A DNA stretch of 64,000 bases from Phaeosaccion multiseriatum. Its lineage: Eukaryota; Protista; Ochrophyta, other classes. Shown in pieces: positions 22,802 through 35,900 of the stretch. The stretch covers positions 5,890,001-5,954,000 of the forward strand of contig OZ218951.1 in NCBI GenBank assembly GCA_965112735.1, in the 5' to 3' direction. The position numbers and the translations under genes were made by a program. The notes beneath the pieces were generated by a model that was not told the origin of the DNA, made no database searches, and saw only the letters and a program-made list of their open reading frames with translations. Each line of letters starts with the position of its first letter. Position 1 is the stretch's first letter.

Positions 22802-23060
22802 TTTCTGGGTGATGTAACTGGAGCGAGAAGCCATTTTCCTTCCACATGTGTACTTCGACAAAAATCGGACAGAAATAGGATTTTTGCTTTGTGAGCCGGA
22901 AATCGAGGAAAAGAGGAACGGCCAGAAAGTGTGGGAAAAGCGTCCAGAGCAAGGTCCGCAGGCGCAGCTGTACAGGCAAGGTCCCTTAGTACGGGCTCTT
23001 GGATCAAAGGAGCGATCTAGGGGGAAAAGAGTGAGTAGGAGGAGGGGGATGTTCTAGCTC

Positions 23061-25666
23061 ATGGTCGCAATGTCCCCGCGGCAGAACCTCTTTTCAAGCA
23101 TCACTAGTAGCAGCTTAACAATGGCCGATCACGCTGAGGCCAGCCAACTGTCCTCGAGAGTCGACAATATTGATGTGGGAGAGGACGGGCAAGCAGAGAG
23201 GCCAGCAGAGAGGCCAGCAGACGACGTTCTCTTCAGAGGCTTCAATGGCACCATCAACTACCAGAGCCCGCGCAGTAAGGGTGGCAAGAATCCGATAACC
23301 TTCAGCCATGCGGATGACGGTGAACAAGAGGGGCAGGGGCAGGCGGCAGAGGAGGACTTCACGCCCCGCGAGCTGGAGTCGCTGGATGTGACGAAGGGCA
23401 GTGAGGGTGGGGGAAAGGGGGGAGTTCAAGGGCCAGCAGAGGTCTTGTTCCGGGGATTTAACGGCACTGTGAACTACAAGAGCCCTCGCGGTGCCAGCCA
23501 TGCGACTCCAAGCTTCACTCAGAGCGCTGGCGAGGGAGATGAGGAGGTAGACCAGCCGCAACAGGAGCAGGAGGGGGAGGAGGAGGAGGAGGAGGAGGAG
23601 GAGGAGGAGGAGGAGGAGGGTCCAAAGGTTAGCGAGAGTGTGAAGGATGACGAAGGACACGGTGACGTGCAAGGAGACGCCCAGGAAGCACAAACACCCC
23701 CTTGTCAGACTGAAGAGCCCTTGCCCTTGCCCTTGCCTCCCCTCGATGGGAGTCCCGATGGGAGTGGAGGCGGTGGAGATGAGAGGGGCCAAGATGGGGG
23801 CGACGAGGGGGAGGAGGAGGAGGAGAGGAAGAAGAAGGAAGAGGAAGAGGAGGAGGAGGGCGGTGGGGAGGGCAGCAGCGATTCGACACACTCCATTGAG
23901 ACCAAGACCGGAGGGGCTGAAGAGACGCGGACAGAAGCACACATGTTTTCAGAGGAAGGAGCCGGAGCATCTGTAGGAGAAGGAGAGGGAGGAGCACCAG
24001 CAGCGGAAGGAGCAGCAGAAGGAGCTGCAACGGCAGCAGCGGCGGCAGCAGCAGTGGCAGCAGGAGGAGGAGGGGATGGTGCCGTGGCCCAACCCCAAGC
24101 AGAGTCGGGAGTCGTCGGAGGAGCTCCGATGGAGCTTAGCGGGACGGGGATGGCAGGGAAAGGCACAGCGGCAGAGAGCGGGGAGGGGATGGCAGTGGAA
24201 GGCACCGCGGTAGACAGTAGGACAGGGATGGCAGTGCAAGATACAGCCGCAGAGAGCGGGGTGGATATGGAAGGGGAAAGCACAACGGCAGAAGGTGGGA
24301 TGGGGATGGCAGTGGAAGATACAGCCGCAGAGGGCGGGGTGGGGCAGGCAATGGAAGGCACAGCGGCAGAGGGTGGGGCAGGGATGGCAGGGGACGGCAC
24401 AGCGGCAGAGAGTGCCACGGCAGAGGCAGAGGCTGCCGAGGGGCCCACGACATCGCCGAGGAAGGTTAGTGCAGGGAGTACGCCTCCTCCCTTCCCGGCT
24501 GCGCCAGCTAAGCAGCGCCAGCTAAGCAGCGCGGATGCCCTTCTCTCTCTCTCTCTCTCTCCCTCTCTATCTCTCACATACACACACACGCACACCCTCT
24601 CACCGCCCCTTTCTCCCTCCCTTCCTCTCTGTGCCTCTGCTTTCCAACCTCCCACTCTCCCTCCTTGTCCCCCTTGCCCAGGTGATTGCTCTGCTGTCTT
24701 CGTACCTGTCCACCCTCCCGCAGGAGGTGGCTCAGCGGCGGGCCTGTGACCTCTTCAGCGGCAAAGGCATGGACATGTTGCAGCTCGACGCCGCAGACCC
24801 GCTCAACAAGGTGAGTCAAGCGCCAGCAAGGTTCTTCTTCACGCCCTTTAAGGCCCGTTAAGGCGCTCGTGCAGGCGTTACCGCCAACGGGGTGGCGTTG
24901 CAGTGGCACCGCTAGTGGAGTGGGCCGTTTGTGTGTGTGTGTGCGTGTGTGTGCACAAAAGGGAAGCGCATTGTGAAGCAGAACAAGCGAAGGAAGCGAA
25001 GGAAGCGAAGGAGGGGCACGGCGGAGGGCGGGTTATCTTAACCTTCGGTTCTCCTCGCCTATCCATGGCGATGCGTGTGTGTGTGTGTGTGTGTGTATGC
25101 AGGAGCTCCGCGACAACTTGTTCAGCATCTCCGGTGTGAGGGGCAAGTACCCGCAGCTGTTCATACAGGAGCCGGACCACTCACTCACCTTCGTGGGGGG
25201 CTGGGAGGAGGTGAGCCCTTTAAGGACCACAGGGATGCCAGTCTGTCTTCTCTCTCTTGGAGGGAGGGGAGGGGATGTCAGTCTGTCTTCTCTCTCTTGC
25301 TCTGTTTTATCCTCTCTATCCGTCTCTCTCTTTGGTCTGTCTGCTGTCTCCCCCTCTGTCCCATCTCTTTCTCTCCTCTCTCCCTCTCTTTGCTCTCTCT
25401 CCCCCTTTTTCTGGCTGCCCCTCCCCCCCTCTGCGTCCTTTCTCTTCCTCGCACACCCACCCCCCCTCTCTCTACTCCCCTCCTCCCTGCCGCTATCCTC
25501 CCCCTCCCCGTATGCTTCCACCCAGCTGGAGTCGCTGGTGGATATGAATGACCTCCCCCCCGGGGTGCTGCAGCAGAACCCTTCTATCCGAACCTTCGAC
25601 TCTGTGTTTCGAGGCGTGCAGCGCGGCCCTCCCAAGAAGGGGGTGTTGCCCAACACGTGGTTGTGA
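23061..25666 (+). CDS. Acidic low-complexity protein with a C-terminal SH3BGR/glutaredoxin-like thioredoxin-fold domain
   Basis: Exons at ~23061-24464, 24682-24810, 25103-25210 and 25526-25666 give QRRACDLFSGKG..LQLDAADPLNK|ELRDNLFSISGVRGKYPQLFI...FVGGWEE|LESLVD. The N-terminal motif VLFRGFNGT.NY.SPR occurs twice. Confidence 0.7.
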
Positions 25667-26400
25667 GGTAGCACAGCTTGGGCATCAGACCCCAAAGAGG
25701 GAAGGGTGGGAAGCATCAGAGCCCACAGGAGGGAGGGTCGGGGTGGGTGGGCACCAGAGCCCAGGGAGGGCGTCGGAGGCTACCCTTGTTATCCTTCATA
25801 CGCTTCTTTGGTTTGGTACCTGTGGTTGGGTACCTGTGGTACTACGACCCCCCATTGACCCCTCCCCCTCTGCTGAGGGCCGTGGGGCGTGCGTGTGGCG
25901 GCCATCCGCTGCCATCCGCGGCCCTCCCTCCCCTCTCGGAGTGCGTGTCCATGCAGTGCCATCCGTCGTCGAGCGTTAGTTACCCTTGGGAACACTCTTG
26001 ATTCTTCACGGGCTGTTCGTGGAGGGGCGCTTGGCGACGCTTAGTCTGTCTCTCTCTCTCTCTCTCTCTCTCTTTTGTGTGTGCCTTGCTATTTATGTGT
26101 GTACTCTCTCTCTCTCTCTGCGCATGGAGAGAGGGTAAGGCGGCACTCGCTGTGCTCCCCTTGGTAGGGGGAGTGCGGAGTGCGGTAAAGGAGAGTAAGT
26201 CAATCAATACAATCCCTTCTTACATTGTACCGACAGTTTATGAACAATTACGTAGTATGTATATATTTCACGCAGTCTATGCTTCCTACACACCCGCCAG
26301 CGAGCCACAGCCAAGCAGTCGACAGCCCCTGCTCCTCTTTGTCCTAATGGTATGGTAGTGTTTGAAACAGTTATCCTAATGGTAGTGTTTGAAACTGTTA

Positions 26401-29400
26401 CTAATCTTCACAGAGATCCTCTCCGAAGGCGACATCCTTGACGGAGAAGGCCACGAAGAGCCCCCCCGGGGAGTGTCCAGCCCCGCCCCTGCCCCCCCCC
26501 CCGCCTTGCCCCTTGGCCTGCAGCAGCAGCGGCCCCTGTGCCCCCCCTCGAGAGGAGCCCCTGGAGGCGGCCGTGTAGCTGGAGGGCGTCTCGCTGCGGA
26601 AACTGTCTGTGGCGGCGACTATCTGCTTGATGCGCTGAGCCCTCCTCTCCCGCTCCTCGAAGCCCTCCCTTCGCACCCCTCCTCCCCCTCCCCCCCCCCC
26701 TCCTACGAGGGGTCCTGACACCTCGTAGTGGCTCATGGCGGGCCACAGCCGCAGCACCGCGTCTCTGAAGGAGGCAATGCTCACCTCTACGGAAACCTTT
26801 CCGCCAGAAGACGAAGCCGAGCCCTCTTCTCCTCCTCCTCCTCCCTCTCCCTCCCCCCCCCCTGCCGTGGTGTTGGTGGTGGTGGTGGTTCCCAGCCCGA
26901 GTCTCTTGCCCAAGCCGCCCACCCGCTTCCTGATCTCCAGCTCGTACTGGTAAGTGAGGGCAGCCATGAGGGCCGGGTCCGTGGCGATGCGGGGGAACAG
27001 CGCCATAACGGGCTCCGAATAGGCCGCACTCACGCCGAAGCCCGCACTGCCCAGCCTCTTGTCCCCGTGCTGCACGAACTGATTGGCTGCGTACTCTCGA
27101 TAGGCTCTGATGATGCCCGCAGCCGTGTCGGCCACGATAATGTTGCGCGGCAGCCTCAGTACATCGGACACCTTGCGACTGGGCAGCGTGTTGATGGGAA
27201 TGACCTTGATCTCAATCTCCGAGTCCTTGTTTACTCCATCCAAGTGCAGCGCCTTCGCCACTGCCCGCCAGCCGTAGCGCCGCGTCGACACCTCGTCCCT
27301 GCTGATGTCCGAGCGCGCGAAGGGGGTGCCACCGTGGAGTTTGAATTTGAGCTTGGTGACCATCGTTTGCTTGACCAAGTCCTTGAGCGGCAACAGCACC
27401 CAGCCGCATGACATCTCCGTCTCTATGAAGGAGTCTTCATCCGCGCCGTCGCCATCTGAGTCGTCGTCGGAGTCAGACTTGCCCGCGCGGCGCCGCAGAG
27501 AGAAGACTTTCCTGCTTTTCCTGCCCTTCTTGTTCTTCTTGATTTTCTTCCTCTTGTCGGCCTTTGCCTTGGCCTTCTTCTTCGCCTTGTTCTTCTTTGC
27601 CTTCGCCTTCTCCATCTTCTTCTCCTTCTTGCTGCTCTTCTTGGGCTCCTTCCTCTTCGAAGGAGACTTGCTCCTCCTCCCCTCGTCGTCGCTGCTGCTC
27701 TCCTCATCCTCATCCTCCTCGCTCTCGTCGCTACTCTCCTCCTCACTGCCCCAGCCGTGTCTCCGTGCCTTCTTCCCCTTCCCCTTTCCTCCCCGGCCTC
27801 TCCTCTTGCCCCTCCCCTCTCCGTCCTCACTGCTGCTCTCCTCCTCATCCTCATCCTCATCACTGCTGCTATCCTCATCCTCCCACCCACTGCTCCCTTC
27901 CTCGTCATCGGATTGCAGGGCCGTGCTCTGTGTTCTTGCCTTGAAGTTCTTGAGTGGCCCCCTCGGGTCATTTGAGTCCTGACAGCCCTCGCCTTGCCCC
28001 CTGAAGCTGCGCACCGTGCAGGTGAGCTCGAGCAGCACAAAGAGCCGGTCCTGGGTGGTGGTGTGTGTGTGTGTGCGCGAGTGTGCGTACGCGTGAGCAA
28101 GTTGGATATAAGCGTAGCTGCCACACTACTTCACTACTTCACTGCCTCACTGCTGAACCCTAAACTTTCACTCGCGACTCATCTCACTGTCTCACTACCC
28201 CACACCCACGCTAACCTCACTGCGTCTCACCGCGCCTCACTCACCCTGGACTTGCTCTCTTGCGGGTCTCTGAAGTCCGTTCGGATGAGGAACTTTCTGT
28301 CTCCGTCCCCCTCCCCCCCCTCCTTGGTGCCTGCCCCAGTAGGGAAGGTCCAGCACTCCTCCTTGGCAGGGTGTCTCAGGGCCAGCGTCTGGTAGCTGTT
28401 GCCCAGGAAGAAGTCTTGGTAGTTGAAGCCGCCCCCCTCGGGGAGCTGCCCCCCTGGGCCTCGGCTGGTTCCCGCGCGAGAGTCAAGTTGCTCCTTAGGG
28501 GGCTGAGTCGAGCGTTTGTGTGTGCGTGTGCGAGTGTGTGTGTGTGTGCGCGGCGCGCGTGCGCGTGTGCGCGTGGGCAGAGAACGTACAGGCATAAGGG
28601 TGTGGGTATGGCCCTGGAAGGGAAATAGAGGCATATGGGCTCCTCCCTAAGCACTGGCCTAACCTATGGACTCGTCACTAAGCCCTGAGCACTGACCAAA
28701 ATCGAGGAGTAGAGGCATATGGGCCCCTCTCCGAGCACTGGCCTCTGGCCACTAACCTGATAGAAGAGGCAGGCCCTGAGTGACCTCTGCACCACATCGC
28801 TTTGCCTCCCATCCGTGACACAGGGGATGCCGTACGCATTCTTCACCGAGAGCATGACTTGCCACACGTCCGTCTTCAGGGGGTCCTCCCCGGCCGGCAC
28901 CTGGTGTCAGACAGGCAGTCATTGGTGTCAGACAGGCAGTCATTGGTGTCAGACAGGCAGTCATTGGTGTCAGACGGGCAGTCATTGGTGTCAGACAGGC
29001 AGTCATTGGTGTCAGACAGGCAAGTCATTGGTGTCAGACAGGCAGTCATTGGTGTCAGACAGGCAGTCATTGGTGTCAGACGGGCAGTCATTGGTGTCAG
29101 ACAGGCAGTCATTGGTGTCAGACAGGCAGTCATTGGTGTCAGACAGGCAGTCATTGGTGTCAGACAGGCAGTCATTGGTGTCAGACAGGCAGTCATTGGT
29201 GTCAGACGGGCGATCATTGGTGTCAGACGGGCGGTCATTGGTGTCAGACGGGCGGTCAGTGGTGTCAGACAGGCAGTCATTGGTGTCAGACAGGCCGTCA
29301 TTGGTGTCAGACAGGCAGTCATTGGTGTCAGACAGGCAGTCATTGGTGCCAGACAGGCAGTCATTGGTGTTAGGCAGTCAGAGAGCTCCTGGTGTCAGTC

Positions 29401-32400
29401 AGTCAGTCAGTCAGTCAGTCAGTCAGTCAGTCAGTCAGGCAGTCAGTCAGCCAGTCAGTCAGTCAGTCAGTCAGTCAGTCAGTCAGTGCGGTACCACGTG
29501 TGACGTACCACTTCTCCAATGGGCTTGAGCACGGCGCTCTTGTGCAGCTCCGTCACAGTGAGCTGAGTGCTCTCGCCGAACACGCTCGAGCGTTTCCGCT
29601 CAGACATTCCCCCCTTAGTGGCAAGGGCGCGCCCTCCGCCCCCCATGGTGGGGTGATGCTTGAAGGCCCTCCCTCTGTCTCTGTCTCTGTCTCCCTTGCC
29701 CTTCCCCTTGCCCTGCTTGCCCTGCTTGCTTCGCGAAGGGCTGCTCACCCCGCGGAAGGAAGCCATGAGCTTGCCGGTGAAGGACAAGGGAGAGGCCCGT
29801 CCACTGCCATCCCCTCCCCCTCCTCCCACCATGCCCATGACACTGAGCTGCAGGGCGGTGGAGGTCGTGTTGAGGGTGGTGTCTCTCGTCACCACATCGC
29901 TCAACACGTGCACTTCAAGGTCTGCGAGGCGGAGGGAGCCCCTGGCGTCTAAGACGGGCTGCAGCAGGGAGGAGAGGGAGTACTCGCGAAGACGATCCAG
30001 AGGAGCCAGCACGCTGCAGCGGTAATTACTGTGGAGGGGGGGAGGGAGCGGTTGAGGGGGATGATGTATCAACAATAAAGGCATCTGTCTGCAGGGATGA
30101 TGGATCAACAATAAAAGCATCTGTCTGCGGGGATGATGGATCAACAATAAAAGCATCTGTCTGCAGGGATGATGGATCAACAATAAAAGCATCTGCAGAG
30201 CTTAATTGTGCTGTACATGCCACACGCACACACACACACACTCAACACTCACACACACGCACGCTCATACACAAACTCACATATACATATACATATACAC
30301 ACACGTACATATACACACAAACACAGACGCACACACACATAAACACACACTCTCTCTCTCATACACACACATACGCACACACATATACACACGCGCGCAC
30401 ACACACCTCGGCATGCCCATGAAGGCGGTAAGGTGGTCCTCTGGATCGGGGCGTACGCCAGCCTTGAGCTTCTTCAGCGCCCCCGCCACCACCCCTCTGA
30501 CCTCCGGGCTCAGCATGTCCCTGCCCTTGTCGTCGGACAAAAGCTCGAACAGGGCCAGGAACTCCACCCACTCCACCTGGGGGGGGGGGGGCATAATGGG
30601 TGTCAGGACAGAAAGTGTGGTGGGTGTCAGGACACAAGAGTGGGTGTCAGGGCAGGGTGTCAGGACAGAGGGTGTCAGGACAGAGAGTTGTCAGGACAGA
30701 GGGTGTAGGACCGCCTCACCTTGCCGTCTCCGTCCCGATCGAGCAGGGAGAGCACAGCGAGGGCTTCGTCTCGGGCAAGCAAAGAGAGTTTATCGCAGAA
30801 CATGAAGCTGGGGGGGGGGGGGAGGGGAGAGGGGGGGGGTGAGGCGGGATAAGGAGGAGGGGGAGGAGGAGGAGGAGCGAGGAGGAAGAGCGAGAGGAGG
30901 AGCGAGAGGAGGAGCAGGAGGACGGGATGGCAGTCGAAGTGCCTGTACTCTCCACTCACGTGAATTCGTTGTGCGAGATGGTGCCCGAGTCGTCGCTGTC
31001 GATGGCGGCGAACAGCGCTCGCATCTCAGACTCAGTCAATTCGCGCTCGGAAACCTGTGTGCATGAGTGTGAGGTTCGGTTCGTTGGTGCAGTCAAGAGT
31101 CAGTGACGGAAGCAAGTCAATGACCCACCTTGTCCAGCAGGAAGGGCATGACGGCCTCGTAGAACTCGTCGAATTGGAGCACTCCGTTGCCGTCCGCATC
31201 GGCCTTGCGCATCAGCTGAGGAGAGAGGAGGGGGTAGAGGGCAGGGAAGGGACCATTTAACCCTCCTTAGCCTTCAGATGGCAGCTTGAACTAACTCGAG
31301 TTCGCCACCAAGGGATATTCGACATCGATCTTTCAAGTGAGTGGTGTTGGGTACCATAGAGGATCTATGACCTGAAACTGCAACTCACCTGGCGGAGCTC
31401 CTTCCTGGAGGGCTCTTCCCCGAGGGCGGCGAGAATGTGGCGCAGCTCGGAGGCGTCGATCGAGTTGGACGAGTCGGAATCGAAGAATGTGAAGGCCTGA
31501 AGGAGCAGTGAGTGAGGCAGTGAGTGAGGCAGTGAGTGAGGCAGTGCTATGAGGATCATACTCCCACACCTACACGGGATGGACGCCCCCCGGCCCCCCT
31601 TCTCCTTCTGCGCGGCGACGAAATCCTTCTTGTCCTCTTGTGCTCACCTTCTCAATGGCTTGCATGAGGGCCGTGTACATGGCCTCGTCCACCCTGTCCG
31701 TCCCCGTCCCATCAAGCCCCGCAGAGAAGAATCGATCCGTCCTGGGCCCCCGCCTCCCCCGCCTGCCCCCCCCCCCTGCCCCCCCCTCCTCTTCCTCACT
31801 GCCCTCCTCATCTCTGAGAAGGGCTGCGATGGCGCTGTCCGCTTTGCTCAGCGCCTTGATCGAGCGCGCCTTCATGAGTCTGTGGAAGTGGCGGAACTGC
31901 AGACAGGTGGCAGTGGATGGCGCCCCCTCCCTGCCCGTATGCCTCCCGTCCGCCTTTGGTCCGACGGCGACTCGAACAAGTTGCGCCACGAGGGCGGGGG
32001 AGAGGTGCAGACCGCACGACTTGAGCCCGCGGGACAAGTGCTGACGTATGTTACGAAGGCATACGAAAGATAAGGTGCATACGTAAGCAAAGAGGGGGAA
32101 TAAGGGGGGAAGATACGGTCGGCCCTTCCCCAAATGGTTCACTGAATCACCAACTGCTCACCCTTTGCGAGAGCTTGGGCCGCCCCTTGGCCATCTCTTT
32201 GAAGAGCGCTCGGAGGTCCCTCCTTTGGCTGAGCTTCGCCGTCACGTGCCTCTGGACCTTCCTCAGCAATGCGTCCGTCAGCCCTCCTCCCTCCTCGAGC
32301 CAGCGCACCAGCCGCGGGTAGAGCACCACCATGTGTAGCAACTCCTTGTCTGATGCGCCATCTGTGACTTGCTGCCCGCTCGTCTTCTCGGGCTCGTCGT

Positions 32401-32450
32401 CAGGGTCTCGGTCTCTGTCTTTGGAGTCGCGGTCGCGTTCACCGAACTTC

Positions 32451-32495
<45 letters not shown>

Positions 32496-32871
32496 CGTTT
32501 GGATGGTTTTCGAGTGGGGGTTCGTATTGGGTGGGGGTCGGGCGGGGTGAAAAAAGTGGAAGTGAAGTGAGGACGGACTATCCACTAACCCCTCGCGCGC
32601 GTTGGAGTCAGCGTTGGATCAGCTCTTCCTCCCCTACCTGCTGCACGACAAGTTTCAGCTCTTCCTCCGTCAGCTCGTGCACGCCCGCCTCTCTCAGGGC
32701 CTTGCGCACCCCCCGGGGAGGTAGAGTTCCGGAATCATCGGAGTCGAATCGCTCGAACAGGGCCAGCCAGTCCCGGTGGGGGGGCTCCTTACCCCGGGGG
32801 GAGTCTTTTCCCTTCTGCTCGTCCGCCGCCTCCACCTGAGGTAGTGGTTCACGCACATACACACGCACAGC

Positions 32872-32902
<31 letters not shown>

Positions 32903-35900
32903 TAAGTGTATGGGCCACCCAGATATAAGGGGAGGTACGTCAGAACTTGTCCTGCTCCCCTCACCTGCCGACAGATGGACGCATGCAGCGCCGCAAGACG
33001 CGACTTCCTCCTTGGCGACGTCTGTGAGTGCGTGAGTGCGTGTGTGCGTGTGCGTGAGTGTGTGTGAGAGAGAGGGCAGGGTAAAGGCAGTAGGCGGCAG
33101 GGAGGCAGGGACAGTAAGGCACACGGGCATCAAGCAGGCCGGCAGGCAGGGCAGGCAGGCAGACGAGAGGGCTTAAGAGTCAAGGTAGGCACGTAACCAG
33201 CGATGCAAGGAGGCAGGCAAGCAGCAATTGGTCATACAAAGCTTCTTCTCACTCCTTCACTCACCCCTCGCTTTCCCCCCGAGACTGGGCTGCTGTCTCC
33301 CCCTTCCTCGTCGTCTGTCTCCTCCTCACTGTCCTCGTCTTCCTCGTCGCTCGCCCCACCTGTCCTCCCCCTCCTGTTGCCCGTGCCCGTGCCCCTGCCC
33401 CTGCTGGACGAGGGAGGAGTGCCCTTCTTCCTGAAGCGACCCATGAGGCCCTTCTTGCGCTTGTCCCCTCTCTCTTCGTCATCCTCGTCCCCGTCGTCGT
33501 CGTCGTCGTCGTCGCTGTCTGTGTCTTCCTCCTCGGAAGAAGCCCCACCGCCCTTCTGGTGTGTGTGTGTGTGTGTGTGGGTGTAAAGACAAGGTAAGGC
33601 AGCAAAGCACGAGGCGGGCACGCGAGCAGTACAGCACAGCGCAGCAGGGGAAAGTGTGAGTGTGCGCTTCCTTCCAAGCTCTTCGCCCCACGGACGCCCC
33701 CACACGCACGTGCTCACGTGGCTTCACGTCACCCCCCAAACTCGTACTCACGTTCTTCCTCTTTCGCTTGCTGAGCTGTCTTTTGGCCTCCGTGGATAGA
33801 GCGATGAATTCCTCCCACTCGAAGGCGTCGCCATCTGCATCGTCCGCGCTGAGGCACATTCGCATCAGGGCCAGAGCCTGCTCCGCGGAGGGTAGAGAGG
33901 GAGGGGTCAAGCGGATGTCAAGCGCTAGAAGTCAAGCCATCAAGGTTAAGCATTAGAGGTCAAGCTGATGTCAAGCATTAGAAGTCAAGCCTTCAAGGTT
34001 GAGCATTAGAGGTCAAGCGGATGTCAAGCATTAGAAATCAAACCTTCAAGGTTAAGCATTAAATGTCAAGCGGATGTCAAGCACACTAGAAGTCAAGCCT
34101 TCAAGGGTAAGCATGAGAGGTCAAGCCTTGAAGGATGAGCATTAGAGGTCAAGCAGAGATCCGAGACAGAGGTGAAGGTCATCTTCCTTCCTCCCTTCCT
34201 CCATCCCCTCGCCCTGTTGCTGCTCACGCCAAGCATCAATCACCCCCCCCTTGGCAGCTGGTCCTCGAATGACGCACACACTCACAGTAACACCCACACA
34301 CACGCACGCACCTCCCCCTCGGCGAGTGGCATGCCCAGGACGCTCCTCAGCGCCACTTGCATCTCCCGGGGGCTCAGCGTCTCCTCCTCTGACTCCTCAT
34401 CCTCGTCGTCGCCCTCTGTGGAATCATCATCATCGTCCTCATCACTTCCTCCTCGGCCCTTCTTCTTCTTGCTATTTTCTCTCTCCTTCTTCTCGCCCCT
34501 CCCCATGGCCGAGAGCACGTCCCTGAGCCTCACCCCTCTCCCCTGCAGCAGCCCCAGGAAGTGGCCGAGCTTGGCCATGGTCCTCTCCTCCTCTAGACCG
34601 GCGGATAGCCACACCGCCAGGCTATCGGAGCTCACAAAGCCCGCCTCTGAGGGGTCGAAGCGGCTCACGAGCACGGCCTTGTCTTTGGAAGAAAGCTCCA
34701 CTCGCCCGCCGGAGCAGAGCCTGTGGATGTGTGTGTGGGTGTGTGTGTACGCGTAAGTTTGTGTGTGGTGTGCATGAGTGATATGAAAGTGGAGCGGCGA
34801 GAAGATGTGAGCAGACGAGTCTGTGATCAGTCTGTAGCGCCACACGAGTGGGTTGGGACAGAAGCAACTATTCAGCACCTTCCCTGACTAAGGAGGGTTC
34901 CTTCACTGACTTACTTGTCCAGGACCCGCTTGAAGTCGGGTACGCTCACAAAGCCGCACTTCTCTGGGTCCATCTTGTTGAAAAGCTCCATCGCCGCTCC
35001 ACACGCACACGCGCCCACACCACGGCCCGCTCCTTCCTTCCCTCCTCCTCCCCACTTGAGCCGGGCACCGCCCCCCTTCCCCCCGCTGCGTGTGCGCGCC
35101 ACCTTCCCCTGCAGACAGGAGGCAAGCGTGGCCTGTAGGGCGGAAATCTGCCTGCCCTCAGGCTTGCTCAACACGAACTCGACGAAGGTCCGGAAGGAGA
35201 TGAGGCTGGGGCCCGCCTTACCCTCCTTCTTTCCCATACTGCTGCCCTTGGTGGAGGGCGGGCCGAAGCTCATGGCCACGACAATGGCATCAAGGTCCTC
35301 GTCGGACAGGGGGGGCGCTTTGGAGCCTTTCAGGTAGGACGACAGGAGCTTGCGGACCTGGGCATGGGCAAAGCGAATCAAAGGAGTGTTGAGGGTAAGC
35401 TGAAACAAGAGAGGAGAGGCAGCAAGAAAGGGGTTTCCATTCTCGAAGCTGCGAAGATAATCGGCCGACAGACCGATGGACGGACAGCAGACACCAGGTA
35501 TTCGCTGACCTGTTTCTCTGTGGCCTGAAGGTGCATGGGGTCGGCATCGGCATTCGCCCCTCCCCGATCCTTCTCCTTGCTCTTGCTCGGGGAGCGAGAG
35601 CGAGACCGGGAGCGAGAGACGCCGCTCCTTCCCCCCACGGCCTTGCGGAAGGCGCTTCTAAGGCCCTTGTCCACGCTAAGGCCCTTCGCTCCGACGGCGG
35701 TCAGGGCCTCTCGAGCGGCGCGGGACAGCAGGGCCAGGTCGTCAGACGGCGTAGAGTGAGAGGTCACGAGGCCCTCCTTGCCTCCCTTCCCTCCTGCTCG
35801 TCTCCTTGCAGAAGGGCTCCCACTTCTGCTCCGCCGGCCGCCCTTCCGAGCCTCGCCCTCCTCCCCGTCAGAATCTGCCGTCTCCTCTTCCCCCTCCTCC

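Noticed and set aside
28752-29528. ORFs with [14 protein letters not shown] or MTACLTP repeats
   Set aside because: They are translations of an intronic 21-bp minisatellite.
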